Shown piece after piece: positions 17,240 to 24,930 of a stretch of DNA of 64,000 bases (position 1 is the first letter of the stretch; each line of letters starts with the position of its first letter). The notes under the pieces were generated by a model. The model worked only from the letters and a program-made list of their open reading frames with translations, was not told where the DNA came from and did no database searches. The DNA comes from a virus. Where the stretch lies: IMG/VR virus record IMGVR_UViG_3300047409_000171, positions 6,156 to 70,155 of that record. One strand, 5' to 3'. A program made the translations under genes and the position numbers.

Positions 17240-18283
17240 ATGCCTCCCTATGCCGACGTGCTGAAATGGGAACATCTGCCGTTCCCCAAGTCCCTGCCCA
17301 GCTTCCAAAAGCTGTTCCCGGATGATGCCGCTTGCGCCTCGTACCTGGAGCGCGTGCGGTGGGAAAAAGGCTTCGTCTGCCCGCTGTGCGAGGCCAAGGG
17401 TGAGCCCTACCGCTTCACCGCTCGCCCCGGCGTGCTGCGCTGTAAGGCATGCAGACAGGACACGGCTTTGACGGCCGGAACGGTCATGGAGCGGACCCGA
17501 ACGCCGCTTACCGTGTGGTTTTGGGGCGCTTATCTCGTTGCGAGCATGACGCCCGGCCTTTCGGCTATGCAATTTCAGAGGCAGCTTGGCCTCACCCGAT
17601 ACGAAACCGCCTTCCAAGTCCTGCACAAGCTGCGGGCTGGAATGGTGCGCCCCGACCGTGACCGGATCGGCGGTGCCATCGGCATCAAGGACCACGTTGA
17701 GGTGGACGAAACCTACATCGGTGGCTCGATCCGGGGCGAAGGTAAAGGCGTCCATGCTGACGACAAGTCCATCGTGATCGCTGCTGTTGAGGTTCGGACC
17801 CGGCCGCCCAAGAAAGGCGACAAGCCGACCCGTCGCGGCGGTCGATATGCCGGACGGCTGCGGATGGAAGTCATCAGCGACCGCACCGCGCAATCCATGG
17901 TCAACTTCGTTGAAGCGGCTGTGGCACCAGGCGCGATGGTCGTGACGGACGGCGCGCCCGGCTACGCCAGCCTGACCAAAAAGGGCTTCGAACATCTGCC
18001 GGTTGTCGAAGCTGGCAACCCCGAGGTGGCGGAAGAATACCTGCCCATCGTTCACCTTGTCTTTTCGAACCTGAAAAGCTGGCTGACCGGATGCCACCAC
18101 GGGGTCAGCCCTCAACATCTGCAGGCTTACCTCAATGAGTTCACGTTCCGCTTTAACCGGCGGTTCTACCCGTTCAACGCCTTCCGCTCGCTGCTCGGCA
18201 TCGGCGCAGGCAATGAAAGCCCGACCTATGACGAGCTTTACAGCGGAGAGTGGGAACACCCTAGGATTAGTGATCATGGGTGA
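17240..18283 (+). CDS. IS1595-family (ISXO2-like) DDE transposase
   Basis: N-terminal Zn ribbon CPLC..CKAC, VEVDETYIGG, VVTDG, HHGVS..HLQAYLNEF.FRFNRR. Confidence 0.95.
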   Translation: MPPYADVLKWEHLPFPKSLPSFQKLFPDDAACASYLERVRWEKGFVCPLCEAKGEPYRFTARPGVLRCKACRQDTALTAGTVMERTRTPLTVWFWGAYLVASMTPGLSAMQFQRQLGLTRYETAFQVLHKLRAGMVRPDRDRIGGAIGIKDHVEVDETYIGGSIRGEGKGVHADDKSIVIAAVEVRTRPPKKGDKPTRRGGRYAGRLRMEVISDRTAQSMVNFVEAAVAPGAMVVTDGAPGYASLTKKGFEHLPVVEAGNPEVAEEYLPIVHLVFSNLKSWLTGCHHGVSPQHLQAYLNEFTFRFNRRFYPFNAFRSLLGIGAGNESPTYDELYSGEWEHPRISDHG

Positions 18284-18317
18284 TAACCGGATAGGCATGA
18301 TTCAAAAGGAGATCGCA

Positions 18318-18440
18318 ATGTGCGTTCACTGCCAGTTCGGTCTCCAGCCAGTGCGGCTGAGACGTCGTTGGGTCCATCACTTCCGCGACACAGGAACTAT
18401 CGTTCTGTGCGAGGAGATGAACCTGAAACCTGGGTCATGA
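18318..18440 (+). CDS. 40-aa hypothetical protein preceding the tRNA array
   Basis: AAGGAG RBS; MCVHC...WVHH...VLC. Confidence 0.45.
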   Translation: MCVHCQFGLQPVRLRRRWVHHFRDTGTIVLCEEMNLKPGS

Positions 18441-18442
18441 TT

Positions 18443-18517
18443 GGACCCGGAGTAGGAAAGTAGCACGCTGGCCTTTTAACCCATGAGAACTCGGGGCAGT
18501 ACCGAGCGGGTCCACCA
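18443..18517 (+). tRNA. tRNA-Lys(TTT), atypical
   Basis: GGACCCG/CGGGTCC-A-CCA; loop CTTTTAA; weak anticodon stem; T-loop GGCAGTA. Confidence 0.75.
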
Positions 18518-18525
18518 GCTTTAAC

Positions 18526-18599
18526 GGACCACAAGCATTAAGGTGATGCACCGGCCTCTTAACCCGGGGAACACGGATCGTTACCGTGGTGGTCCACCA
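18526..18599 (+). tRNA. tRNA-Lys(CTT)
   Basis: GGACCAC/GTGGTCC-A-CCA; loop CTCTTAA. Confidence 0.85.
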
Positions 18600-18606
18600 T
18601 TTCTAT

Positions 18607-18680
18607 GCGGCTATAGTTCAAAGGCAGATCGCCCGGTTGTCAACCGGAGGACGGGGGATCGATACCCCCTAGCCGCGCCA
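18607..18680 (+). tRNA. tRNA-Asp(GTC)
   Basis: GCGGCTA/TAGCCGC-G-CCA; loop TTGTCAA. Confidence 0.9.
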
Positions 18681-18681
18681 T

Positions 18682-18757
18682 CTCTGCGAAGCTCGTGCAG
18701 GAAGAGCACCCGCCTTGGAAGCGGGAGGTCGGTGGTCGGAGCACCGCGTGGAGACCA
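18682..18757 (+). tRNA. tRNA-Pro(TGG)
   Basis: CTCTGCG/CGTGGAG-A-CCA; CCCGC-CTTGGAA-GCGGG. Confidence 0.85.
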
Positions 18758-18761
18758 ATTC

Positions 18762-18837
18762 GGGCGTTGAGCCAGATGGGACGGCCGGCTGCTCATAACA
18801 GTCAGAGGACGGGGTTCGATTCCCCGACGGTCCACCA
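18762..18837 (+). tRNA. tRNA with CAT anticodon (Ile2 or Met), imperfect acceptor stem
   Basis: GGCTG-CTCATAA-CAGTC; canonical T arm; CCA. Confidence 0.75.
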
Positions 18838-18842
18838 TTTAT

Positions 18843-18918
18843 TCCCGTAGAGCCATCTAGGTGAGGGCGGCCGGCTGTTAACCGGCGAAGGCGCGTTCGA
18901 ATCGTGCTGCGGGAGCCA
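18843..18918 (+). tRNA. tRNA-Asn(GTT)
   Basis: TCCCGTA/TGCGGGA-G-CCA; GCCGG-CTGTTAA-CCGGC. Confidence 0.9.
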
Positions 18919-18922
18919 ACAC

Positions 18923-18996
18923 GCTGCTATCGTCTAATGGAAGGATGCTGGTCCCTCAAACCGGCGGTGCGGGGTCAGAACCCGCTAGCAGCTCCA
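18923..18996 (+). tRNA. tRNA-Glu(CTC), atypical (C33, U73)
   Basis: GCTGCTA/TAGCAGC-T-CCA; CTGGT-CCCTCAA-ACCGG. Confidence 0.7.
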
Positions 18997-18997
18997 T

Positions 18998-19076
18998 ACT
19001 CGCGTAACCGGCCGTGATTACGAATCACAGGAACCGTAACTGGAGCATGGGAGTTCGACTCTCCCCGCGAGTGCCA
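18998..19076 (+). tRNA. tRNA-Arg(ACG)-like, no D-arm, enlarged variable region
   Basis: ACTCGCG/CGCGAGT-G-CCA; GTGA-TTACGAA-TCAC; canonical T arm. Confidence 0.7.
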
Positions 19077-19083
19077 TTTTCAT

Positions 19084-19160
19084 CTGCGTGTAGCTCAGTC
19101 AGGTAGAGTACACCCCTCGGAAGGGTGGGGCCGCAGGATCGAAGCCTGCCACGCAGACCA
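19084..19160 (+). tRNA. tRNA-Pro(CGG)
   Basis: CTGCGTG/CACGCAG-A-CCA; CACCC-CTCGGAA-GGGTG. Confidence 0.9.
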
Positions 19161-19163
19161 TTT

Positions 19164-19233
19164 TGCGGAGACCAAGGCGGTAAGTCCGGCTCTGAACCGG
19201 ATGAAGTGGGATCGTGCCCTACCTCCGCAGCCA
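19164..19233 (+). tRNA. tRNA-Gln(CTG), short D-arm
   Basis: TGCGGAG/CTCCGCA-G-CCA; TCCGG-CTCTGAA-CCGGA. Confidence 0.8.
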
Positions 19234-19237
19234 ACAC

Positions 19238-19312
19238 GGCGCATTGTCAGAGCGGTCATGTGCTCGCCTGCAAAGCGATGCTAGGGGTGTTCGACTCACC
19301 CATGCGCCTCCA
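19238..19312 (+). tRNA. tRNA-Cys(GCA)
   Basis: GGCGCAT/ATGCGCC-T-CCA; loop CTGCAAA. Confidence 0.9.
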
Positions 19313-19313
19313 C

Positions 19314-19395
19314 ACCCCGGTAGCCGGAGCGATCTTCTAAATCGTCACCCGTAGCGGAGCTGAAATCGCGTGTTCGAATCACGCTCGGGGTGCCA
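19314..19395 (+). tRNA. tRNA-Arg(TCT)-like, no D-arm, enlarged variable region
   Basis: ACCCCGG/TCGGGGT-G-CCA; GCGAT-CTTCTAA-ATCGT; canonical T arm. Confidence 0.7.
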
Positions 19396-19396
19396 T

Positions 19397-19473
19397 CTTG
19401 CCGTCGCCCAACTGGAGAGGGCCTCCGTCTCCTAAACGGATGTGTCGGTGTTCGAGTCACCGCGGCAAGGCCA
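19397..19473 (+). tRNA. tRNA-Arg(CCT)
   Basis: CTTGCCG/CGGCAAG-G-CCA; TCCGT-CTCCTAA-ACGGA. Confidence 0.9.
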
Positions 19474-19478
19474 ATTCT

Positions 19479-19567
19479 GGTGAACTAAGCGGGTGGGACC
19501 CGTCCTCGTTTGCTAAACGAAGGGCACCTCAAAAAGGTGTGAGAATCGTGCTCTCAGTTCACCGCCA
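19479..19567 (+). tRNA. tRNA-Ser(GCT)
   Basis: GGTGAAC/GTTCACC-G-CCA; loop TTGCTAA; long variable arm CACCT/AGGTG. Confidence 0.85.
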
Positions 19568-19571
19568 ATCT

Positions 19572-19646
19572 GCAGGTATGGGTCATTGGTTGATCGTCAG
19601 CCTTCCAAGCTGTTCCAAGGGAGTTCGATTCTCCCTGCCTGCTCCA
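19572..19646 (+). tRNA. tRNA-Gly(TCC)
   Basis: GCAGGTA/TGCCTGC-T-CCA; loop CTTCCAA. Confidence 0.9.
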
Positions 19647-19647
19647 C

Positions 19648-19722
19648 GGAGCCTTCGTCTACTGGCTAGGATCACGGTTTTTCACACCGTAGGAACGGGA
19701 TCGATACCCGTAGGCTCTACCA
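19648..19722 (+). tRNA. tRNA-Glu(TTC)
   Basis: GGAGCCT/AGGCTCT-A-CCA; ACGGT-TTTTCAC-ACCGT. Confidence 0.9.
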
Positions 19723-19727
19723 ATTAT

Positions 19728-19801
19728 GGCCGGTTCGTTTAGTGACAGGACGCGAGGCTTTGAATCTCGCTGCGGTGGTTTGATTCCATCACCGGCTGCC
19801 A
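19728..19801 (+). tRNA. tRNA-Gln(TTG)
   Basis: GGCCGGT/ACCGGCT-G-CCA; loop CTTTGAA. Confidence 0.85.
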
Positions 19802-19802
19802 A

Positions 19803-19873
19803 CCCGATGCCTCCGGCGAGGACGCAGCCCTCATAAGGCTGCCAGCCCTGATCGACACAGGGCTTCGGGACCA
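19803..19873 (+). tRNA. tRNA-Met(CAT)-like, short D-arm
   Basis: CCCGATG/CTTCGGG-A-CCA; CAGCC-CTCATAA-GGCTG. Confidence 0.75.
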
Positions 19874-19884
19874 ATTATTTTTAT

Positions 19885-19962
19885 GCTGGTCATGCTCGAC
19901 GGCAATGAGCACGCCGACTGTGAATCGGTGGGACAGGGATTCGACTTCCCGGGCCAGTACCA
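19885..19962 (+). tRNA. tRNA-His(GTG), no G-1, A73
   Basis: GCTGGTC/GGCCAGT-A-CCA; GCCGA-CTGTGAA-TCGGT; preceding base is T. Confidence 0.85.
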
Positions 19963-19967
19963 AATTT

Positions 19968-20042
19968 GGGAGTGTGGTGAAGCGGTATCATGCCGGTCTC
20001 CAAAACCGTGCGTCTCGGGTTCAAATCCTGACACTCTCGCCA
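19968..20042 (+). tRNA. tRNA-Trp(CCA)
   Basis: GGGAGTG/CACTCTC-G-CCA; loop CTCCAAA. Confidence 0.9.
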
Positions 20043-20045
20043 TTC

Positions 20046-20069
20046 AGCCGCCCTTCGGGGCGGCTTTTT
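20046..20069 (+). terminator. Rho-independent terminator of the tRNA array
   Basis: AGCCGCCC-TTCG-GGGCGGCT followed by a T run. Confidence 0.9.
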
Positions 20070-20102
20070 GTTGTCTAAGAATTCCACATTGTGGCGGATG
20101 GC

Positions 20103-20131
20103 TTGACAATTCCCAAATATCTATTCAGATT
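20103..20131 (+). promoter_or_regulatory. Putative promoter of the capsid operon
   Basis: TTGACA-N17-CAGATT just after the terminator. Confidence 0.45.
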
Positions 20132-20287
20132 GCGCCAAATTGTTCCCCCTGCCTGCGCATGGGTTGAGCAGCCAGAGGCGGATGATAGATCATCGCCCGG
20201 CATTTGGTCACAGGCCCGCAGCCGTGACTTTCTAGGCATCTAATCCTGCAAGCATGCGGATGATCCTAAAAGGTCAACGAGCTTGTC

Positions 20288-20890
20288 ATGGCAAATACCC
20301 AAGCCCAATTCGGATTTCAGCAGTTCGGCTATCTCCCCGGCGGCGCGCCGGACTATCAGTTGAGCAAATACGCCATCCAGTCGACCTACGCGACCGCGAT
20401 CTTCTTCGGCGACGTTGTCCAGAAATCAGCGTCTCTTGGTCCGTACATCCAGCCATGCAAATCAGGGTCGAGCGTGGCTACCGGTGTGCTCGGCATCTTT
20501 CAGGGGTGCATGTATACCCCGAGCGGGTCGGCTCCGGTTTGGTATCCTTGGTACCCGGCCGCCGCCGGCGGTGCCGATGCTGTCGCCTACGTGATCGACG
20601 CGCCGAATGCTCTATTCAGGGCCGCAGCACTTCTGACCGCCATCCCCGCAACCGCTATCGGCAATAACATCGGTTTCTCGACCGGTGCCGGCGGCACGAC
20701 TACCGGCGGAGGATTCTCAACCTACACGGTGGATTTTGCATCGATCGCCTCCACCGTCGGCCTGCCGTTTAAGGTTGTCGCTATGTACCCAGGTGCTGGC
20801 AACGGCAGCGATCCGACGACCAACTTCAACTGGATCATTGTCGGGTTCAACAACACGCTCAATCGTCAAGGCAATACAGGCATTCTGTAA
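20288..20890 (+). CDS. Putative capsid decoration/minor head protein
   Basis: MAN...FGF start, IFFGDVV, GIFQGC; Gly/Thr/Ala-rich; upstream of the capsid gene. Confidence 0.7.
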   Translation: MANTQAQFGFQQFGYLPGGAPDYQLSKYAIQSTYATAIFFGDVVQKSASLGPYIQPCKSGSSVATGVLGIFQGCMYTPSGSAPVWYPWYPAAAGGADAVAYVIDAPNALFRAAALLTAIPATAIGNNIGFSTGAGGTTTGGGFSTYTVDFASIASTVGLPFKVVAMYPGAGNGSDPTTNFNWIIVGFNNTLNRQGNTGIL

Positions 20891-20897
20891 GATGGCA

Positions 20898-21425
20898 TCA
20901 ATTAGCCAAATGGCGGCGGCCAAGCAGGATCAGCGACACGTTGGTCTGCGTGCAGCCGTATCGCTTGGCTATCTCGGCTTGGGTCATGGTGCCTTTAAGA
21001 GCCCTGATCTCGGCGGTTTCTTCCGAGGTCAGGAGCTTCTTGAAGCGCGTGATGCGACCGATGTTGATCGCGTGTTGCTTGTTGGCACGGTCATCCACCC
21101 ATTCGAGGTTGGTGACGATGTTATTCCCTTTGTCCCCATCAAGATGATTGACCATCGGGAGATTGGTCAGATTGGGAATGAATGCGATGGCAACCAGTCG
21201 ATGCACATGAATGGATTTAGAGCGGCCATCTCGAAAGAGATTGACGTTCCTATACCCGAATTTGTTGGTGCTTGGTCTCAGAACCTTACCATCGACTCTT
21301 CTGGCCTTCAGCCCGTAACAGATGCGATCTACGCTTCTGACGCGGCCAAGATTACTGACTTCGTAGAAGTCTCCAAGGTCAGCGACCTGAACAGGTCGCC
21401 ATTCTTCCGTAAGAGTGATATCCAT
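20898..21425 (-). CDS. NUMOD4-HNH homing endonuclease (antisense insertion)
   Basis: EEWRPV...YEVSNLGRVRS, VHRLVA.AF, VNHLDGDK.NN...NLEW, C-terminal HTH. Confidence 0.9.
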   Translation of the reverse strand: MDITLTEEWRPVQVADLGDFYEVSNLGRVRSVDRICYGLKARRVDGKVLRPSTNKFGYRNVNLFRDGRSKSIHVHRLVAIAFIPNLTNLPMVNHLDGDKGNNIVTNLEWVDDRANKQHAINIGRITRFKKLLTSEETAEIRALKGTMTQAEIAKRYGCTQTNVSLILLGRRHLAN

Positions 21426-21544
21426 GTGACGGGTTGTCCTTCCGGTAACGGCGGATCGACGATCAAGGGCCCGTCGCACGCATCAACGTTCGGCGGGTCC
21501 GCTATTATGGCGGCGGCCTCCGATCTTTACAAGGGGAGGCATCT

Positions 21545-22459
21545 TTGCCCGTAAGTCTCGCAAACATTCGCTCAGAGTTGCTTCCTGGGTTGTTCGACGT
21601 TCGCGGTAGCTATGATATGATACCGCGCCAATTTGACAAAGTTTTCAAAACCCACAAGTCATCCATGGCTGTCGAGCGATCGACCCAGATGGCGTTCGTG
21701 GCGCTGCCGTACCTCAAGGATGAGGGCGCCGCGACTCAGTTCGACAACAACGCTGGCGAGCGGTTCACCTGGGCCTTCGTGCATATCGAAGTGGCTCTTG
21801 GCTACGCGATCACCCGCAAGGCCATCGATGACAACCTCTACAAGGCGCAGTTCAACCCGACCAACCTGAAACTCCAGGAGGCGTTCGCGCAGTTCAAGGA
21901 AATTCAGGCGGCGAACATCTTCAACACTGGTACCACATACAACGCGCAGCAGGTTGGCGACGGCGTTGCGTTTTTCTCGACGTCCCATCCGTATGACGGC
22001 GGCACGTGGGCGAATACCTCATCGACGCCGAAGTCGCTGAACGAATCGACGCTGCTGGCGAACATGACCAACGTCCGCACCCAGTTCGTCAACGAGCGCG
22101 GTATGCGTATCCTGTCTCGCGCGCGTCGGCTGGTCGTTCCGCCGAACCTCGAGGCCATCGCCATCCGCCTGACCAAGACAGAGCTCCGACCAGGCACGGC
22201 GGACAACGACGTCAACGCGATCCTGTCGCTATCTGGCGGATTGCCGGAAGGCTTCATCGTTCTGGACTTCCTGACCTCGAACTTCGCGTGGTTCCTGACC
22301 ACGAATATCGAGGGGCTCATCCACATGCTGAGAATACCATATGAGTCTGATATGTGGGTGGACAACGTCACAGATAATTTACTTGTGAAATCCTATGAAA
22401 GATATTCATTCGGTATCAACGACCCCCGTTGTGCTTGGGGCGAATATCCGACGGCCTGA
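21545..22459 (+). CDS. Major capsid protein (Mu gpT-like HK97 fold)
   Basis: LLPGL, ALGYAITRKAIDDNLY, GDGVAFFS.SHP, ERYSFG.NDPR; GGAGG plus TTG start. Confidence 0.9.
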   Translation: MPVSLANIRSELLPGLFDVRGSYDMIPRQFDKVFKTHKSSMAVERSTQMAFVALPYLKDEGAATQFDNNAGERFTWAFVHIEVALGYAITRKAIDDNLYKAQFNPTNLKLQEAFAQFKEIQAANIFNTGTTYNAQQVGDGVAFFSTSHPYDGGTWANTSSTPKSLNESTLLANMTNVRTQFVNERGMRILSRARRLVVPPNLEAIAIRLTKTELRPGTADNDVNAILSLSGGLPEGFIVLDFLTSNFAWFLTTNIEGLIHMLRIPYESDMWVDNVTDNLLVKSYERYSFGINDPRCAWGEYPTA

Positions 22460-22465
22460 TGAGAT

Positions 22466-22502
22466 AAGCCTGTGATGGAAACATCATGGGCTTCTTTGCT
22501 TT
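22466..22502 (+). terminator. Hairpin/terminator after the capsid gene
   Basis: AAGCCTGTGATG-GAAA-CATCATGGGCTT then a T-rich tail. Confidence 0.6.
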
Positions 22503-22524
22503 GTAGAGAACCACCGAGGGGCCT

Positions 22525-23802
22525 ATGCCTGAATCAGTCTTTCAAGGACCCGTAGTATCGGCAGGCTCGCTGCTCAATGCGAGCGGTTCCGGCACGACGG
22601 CATCGATCAACCCGATGGACGGGCCTGCGCTTCTGTATCAGGGCGAGATGTTTATCGATCCGCGGTTTGCGCCGATCAACAAGGACGGCATGTCGGCGGG
22701 GCGGATCAAGGGTTTTTTCAATTCTCCATCGTTTATCTCGGTCGACGCCATTCCATCTGCGAACGGCACGGCTAACATAGCGGCGGCTCAGGCGCCTTCC
22801 ACTACGGCCGGCGTAGCACTGACGTTGATTACGGCGCAGGTTGGCACGGCGGCTGGTGTCGCTGTTCCGGCTCCTGGTATTCCTATTATTCCGGTCGGTA
22901 CGACGGTTGCAACGACTGTTCTTGCGATCGACTTCGGCTTTGCCACGGGAACCACGGTGGCTAACTCGTCGACCGTGATCGTGAACGACATCGCCGGTTT
23001 CCAGCTAGGCCAGTGGGTTGTCATTCCCGGCGTGGGTGCGGCTGGCAACACCAATACGCCGCTGTTTACGCAGGTTCAGTCGCTGTCTACCAACGTGAAC
23101 AGCGCGATCATCACGATCAGCCCAGTTGCTGCGACGGCTGGCAGCCATCTTCCGATCGGCCAAGGCAACCTGTATTCCAATTTCACACCTCCCGCGTCTC
23201 AGTTTGGTCCTGCGGCGGCTTCGGCCAATGCAGCAGAGCCTTATCGGTATGGTGGTTTGGGTATCACGTTTGACCCACTGCAGGGCGTGGCTCGGGCGCT
23301 GTGTATTTCGGCTGCTTCGATCGGTTCTGGCACGACTAACGTGACGGTGACTGGTTACGACATCTTCAATAATCGGATGACGGAATACCTTTCGGCCAAC
23401 GGGACCACGGTGGTCAATGGCAAGAAGGCATTCAAGTACATCTTATCGGTTGTTACCGCCAGCACTGCCGCAACGACGGTTACGCCGGCCAACATTCAGA
23501 TTGGCTTGTCAGACGTGTTCGGTGTGAATCTGAGGATGGACAAGGCCGAGTATCTTCAGGTGGCATGGAACGGATGTACGCCGACCACTCAGGCTGGCTT
23601 TACGACGGCTCTATCGACGACATCGGGCGCGACGACTGCGGACGTTCGTGGTACGATCAACGCATCTACCCTTGCGGTGGCGACGGTGGCCTCGACGAAC
23701 GGCGCGAGGCGCCTTACGGTCATCATGAACGTGCCGATCAACAACATGCTCAACGCAACCCCGAATGCGACGGCGTCGCTGTTCGGAACGCCGCAGGCCT
23801 AA
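22525..23802 (+). CDS. Virion structural protein (Thr/Ala/Gly-rich)
   Basis: VTGYD...E...GKKAFKYI, TTADVRGT; position after the capsid gene. Confidence 0.7.
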   Translation: MPESVFQGPVVSAGSLLNASGSGTTASINPMDGPALLYQGEMFIDPRFAPINKDGMSAGRIKGFFNSPSFISVDAIPSANGTANIAAAQAPSTTAGVALTLITAQVGTAAGVAVPAPGIPIIPVGTTVATTVLAIDFGFATGTTVANSSTVIVNDIAGFQLGQWVVIPGVGAAGNTNTPLFTQVQSLSTNVNSAIITISPVAATAGSHLPIGQGNLYSNFTPPASQFGPAAASANAAEPYRYGGLGITFDPLQGVARALCISAASIGSGTTNVTVTGYDIFNNRMTEYLSANGTTVVNGKKAFKYILSVVTASTAATTVTPANIQIGLSDVFGVNLRMDKAEYLQVAWNGCTPTTQAGFTTALSTTSGATTADVRGTINASTLAVATVASTNGARRLTVIMNVPINNMLNATPNATASLFGTPQA

Positions 23803-23815
23803 CAGGAGAGCCAAG

Positions 23816-24136
23816 ATGGCAGGTAAGAAGTGCAAGGCTAAGGGCGGACGGGCTCAGGTCGTCTCCGGCAACAAGAACGTCATCAGCGAGGCCGAGGAAG
23901 GCACGACCGGTGATGTCGACAAGGTCAAGCGTGGCAAGAAGCGTAAGACGGGCGGCAAGGTGATCGGCCTGATGACCGGTGGCGGGGTTCGCCCGCGCCT
24001 GGATCGGCCCGGCCGCAAGTCCGGCGGTGGCGTTGGCGCCAATCGTTCGCCGCTTTCGACGGCGCACAACACGACCTCGCAGACCGCAGGATCGTCCAAT
24101 CCAGGCGATTCTTATGGGGGCCTCCCCAAGCCGTGA
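23816..24136 (+). CDS. Small basic protein with repeated xxGG motifs
   Basis: AGGAG RBS; KAKGGR, RKTGGKV, RKSGGGV. Confidence 0.65.
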   Translation: MAGKKCKAKGGRAQVVSGNKNVISEAEEGTTGDVDKVKRGKKRKTGGKVIGLMTGGGVRPRLDRPGRKSGGGVGANRSPLSTAHNTTSQTAGSSNPGDSYGGLPKP

Positions 24137-24209
24137 TATTAATTCGGGCCTGAATCGCGTTATAGCGCGACACAGACCCTAACCAACCCGGATGAGATGA
24201 GCACCCGAA

Positions 24210-24773
24210 ATGGCTGAAATACTCGTATGCTATGAGGGACCTATTGTCACGCGTGCAGAGGCCAAGAAAGAAGGCAAGAAAAGATACTTTCGCGGGGTCG
24301 CTTGTAAGTATGGCCACATATCTCAAACTTTTCTTAGTGGGGGATGTTGTTATTGCCAGACTCTAATGAGACGAAAGAACGATGGGGCAATAACTAAAAG
24401 AAGAGATAAATTACTCGCTGAAATAGCCGGAAGACCAAAACCAAAAATTTGCGAGGTGTGCCACAAGGCCGGAAGGCGAATCATATTTGACCATTGCCAA
24501 GCTTCTATGAAATTCAGAGGATGGTTGTGTGATGGATGCAATATGGCGATTGGTTTGCTCCATGAATCTCCTCAAAGACTAAGAGCCTTGGCTCTGTACT
24601 TAGAAAAGAACGCACCAAGTTTGGACTACGAAGAGCCTAAATTCAGGGTAACCAATAGAGGACTGATAACTCCAAAAGGAATGTGGAGTGCCGAAACTGA
24701 ACGCAAAGCAGAGGAAGGCGCTTCCCGCAACGGTTTTCGCCGAGCCGAAGGCCAGAAAATATCCTCTGCCTGA
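24210..24773 (+). CDS. Endonuclease VII-like homing endonuclease
   Basis: CEVC...FDHC...FRGWLCDGCN.AIG; N-terminal domain shared with 3253-3939. Confidence 0.85.
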   Translation: MAEILVCYEGPIVTRAEAKKEGKKRYFRGVACKYGHISQTFLSGGCCYCQTLMRRKNDGAITKRRDKLLAEIAGRPKPKICEVCHKAGRRIIFDHCQASMKFRGWLCDGCNMAIGLLHESPQRLRALALYLEKNAPSLDYEEPKFRVTNRGLITPKGMWSAETERKAEEGASRNGFRRAEGQKISSA

Positions 24774-24930
24774 TGAAAGCCACGGTAGGAATGCGCTAGC
24801 AAGAGTTTCTCAGTTTGGGTCTGCAGAAGAGAAGAAAAAAGTCAGGTCAGCCGTGCGTCGTAGGTTTCCCGGCATTGCGGTAGAAGGCGGCAAGGCAAGC
24901 CAGAGGGCAGACAGGCCGCGAAGGAAGTAG
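24688..24930 (+). CDS. Small basic conserved phage protein
   Basis: KL..KQRKALP...FA.P..RKYP.PD.SH.RNALARV.Q. Confidence 0.7.
   Translation: MPKLNAKQRKALPATVFAEPKARKYPLPDESHGRNALARVSQFGSAEEKKKVRSAVRRRFPGIAVEGGKASQRADRPRRK

Larger units (their letters stand above)
16508..18299 (+). mobile_element. IS1595-family insertion sequence (ISSod11-like ends) with two passenger genes
   Basis: 23-bp terminal IRs CATGCCTATCCGGTTGACACCCA (16508-16530) and reverse complement of 18277-18299, 21/23 identical; no 8-bp target duplication. Confidence 0.9.

Noticed and set aside
16337-18298. 653-aa minus-strand ORF
   Set aside because: Antisense shadow of the IS1595 transposase and passenger genes; no recognisable motifs
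18923-18996. Possible opal (TCA) suppressor reading of this tRNA
   Set aside because: Centring TCA in the loop breaks the anticodon stem; CTC keeps five pairs. TGA is used as a normal stop throughout
18543-20167. Short ORFs across the tRNA region
   Set aside because: The region is fully explained by tRNA cloverleafs
20685-21554. 289-aa plus-strand ORF between the decoration and capsid genes; possible intron
   Set aside because: Antisense to a clear NUMOD4-HNH gene; both flanking genes are complete, so no splicing is needed
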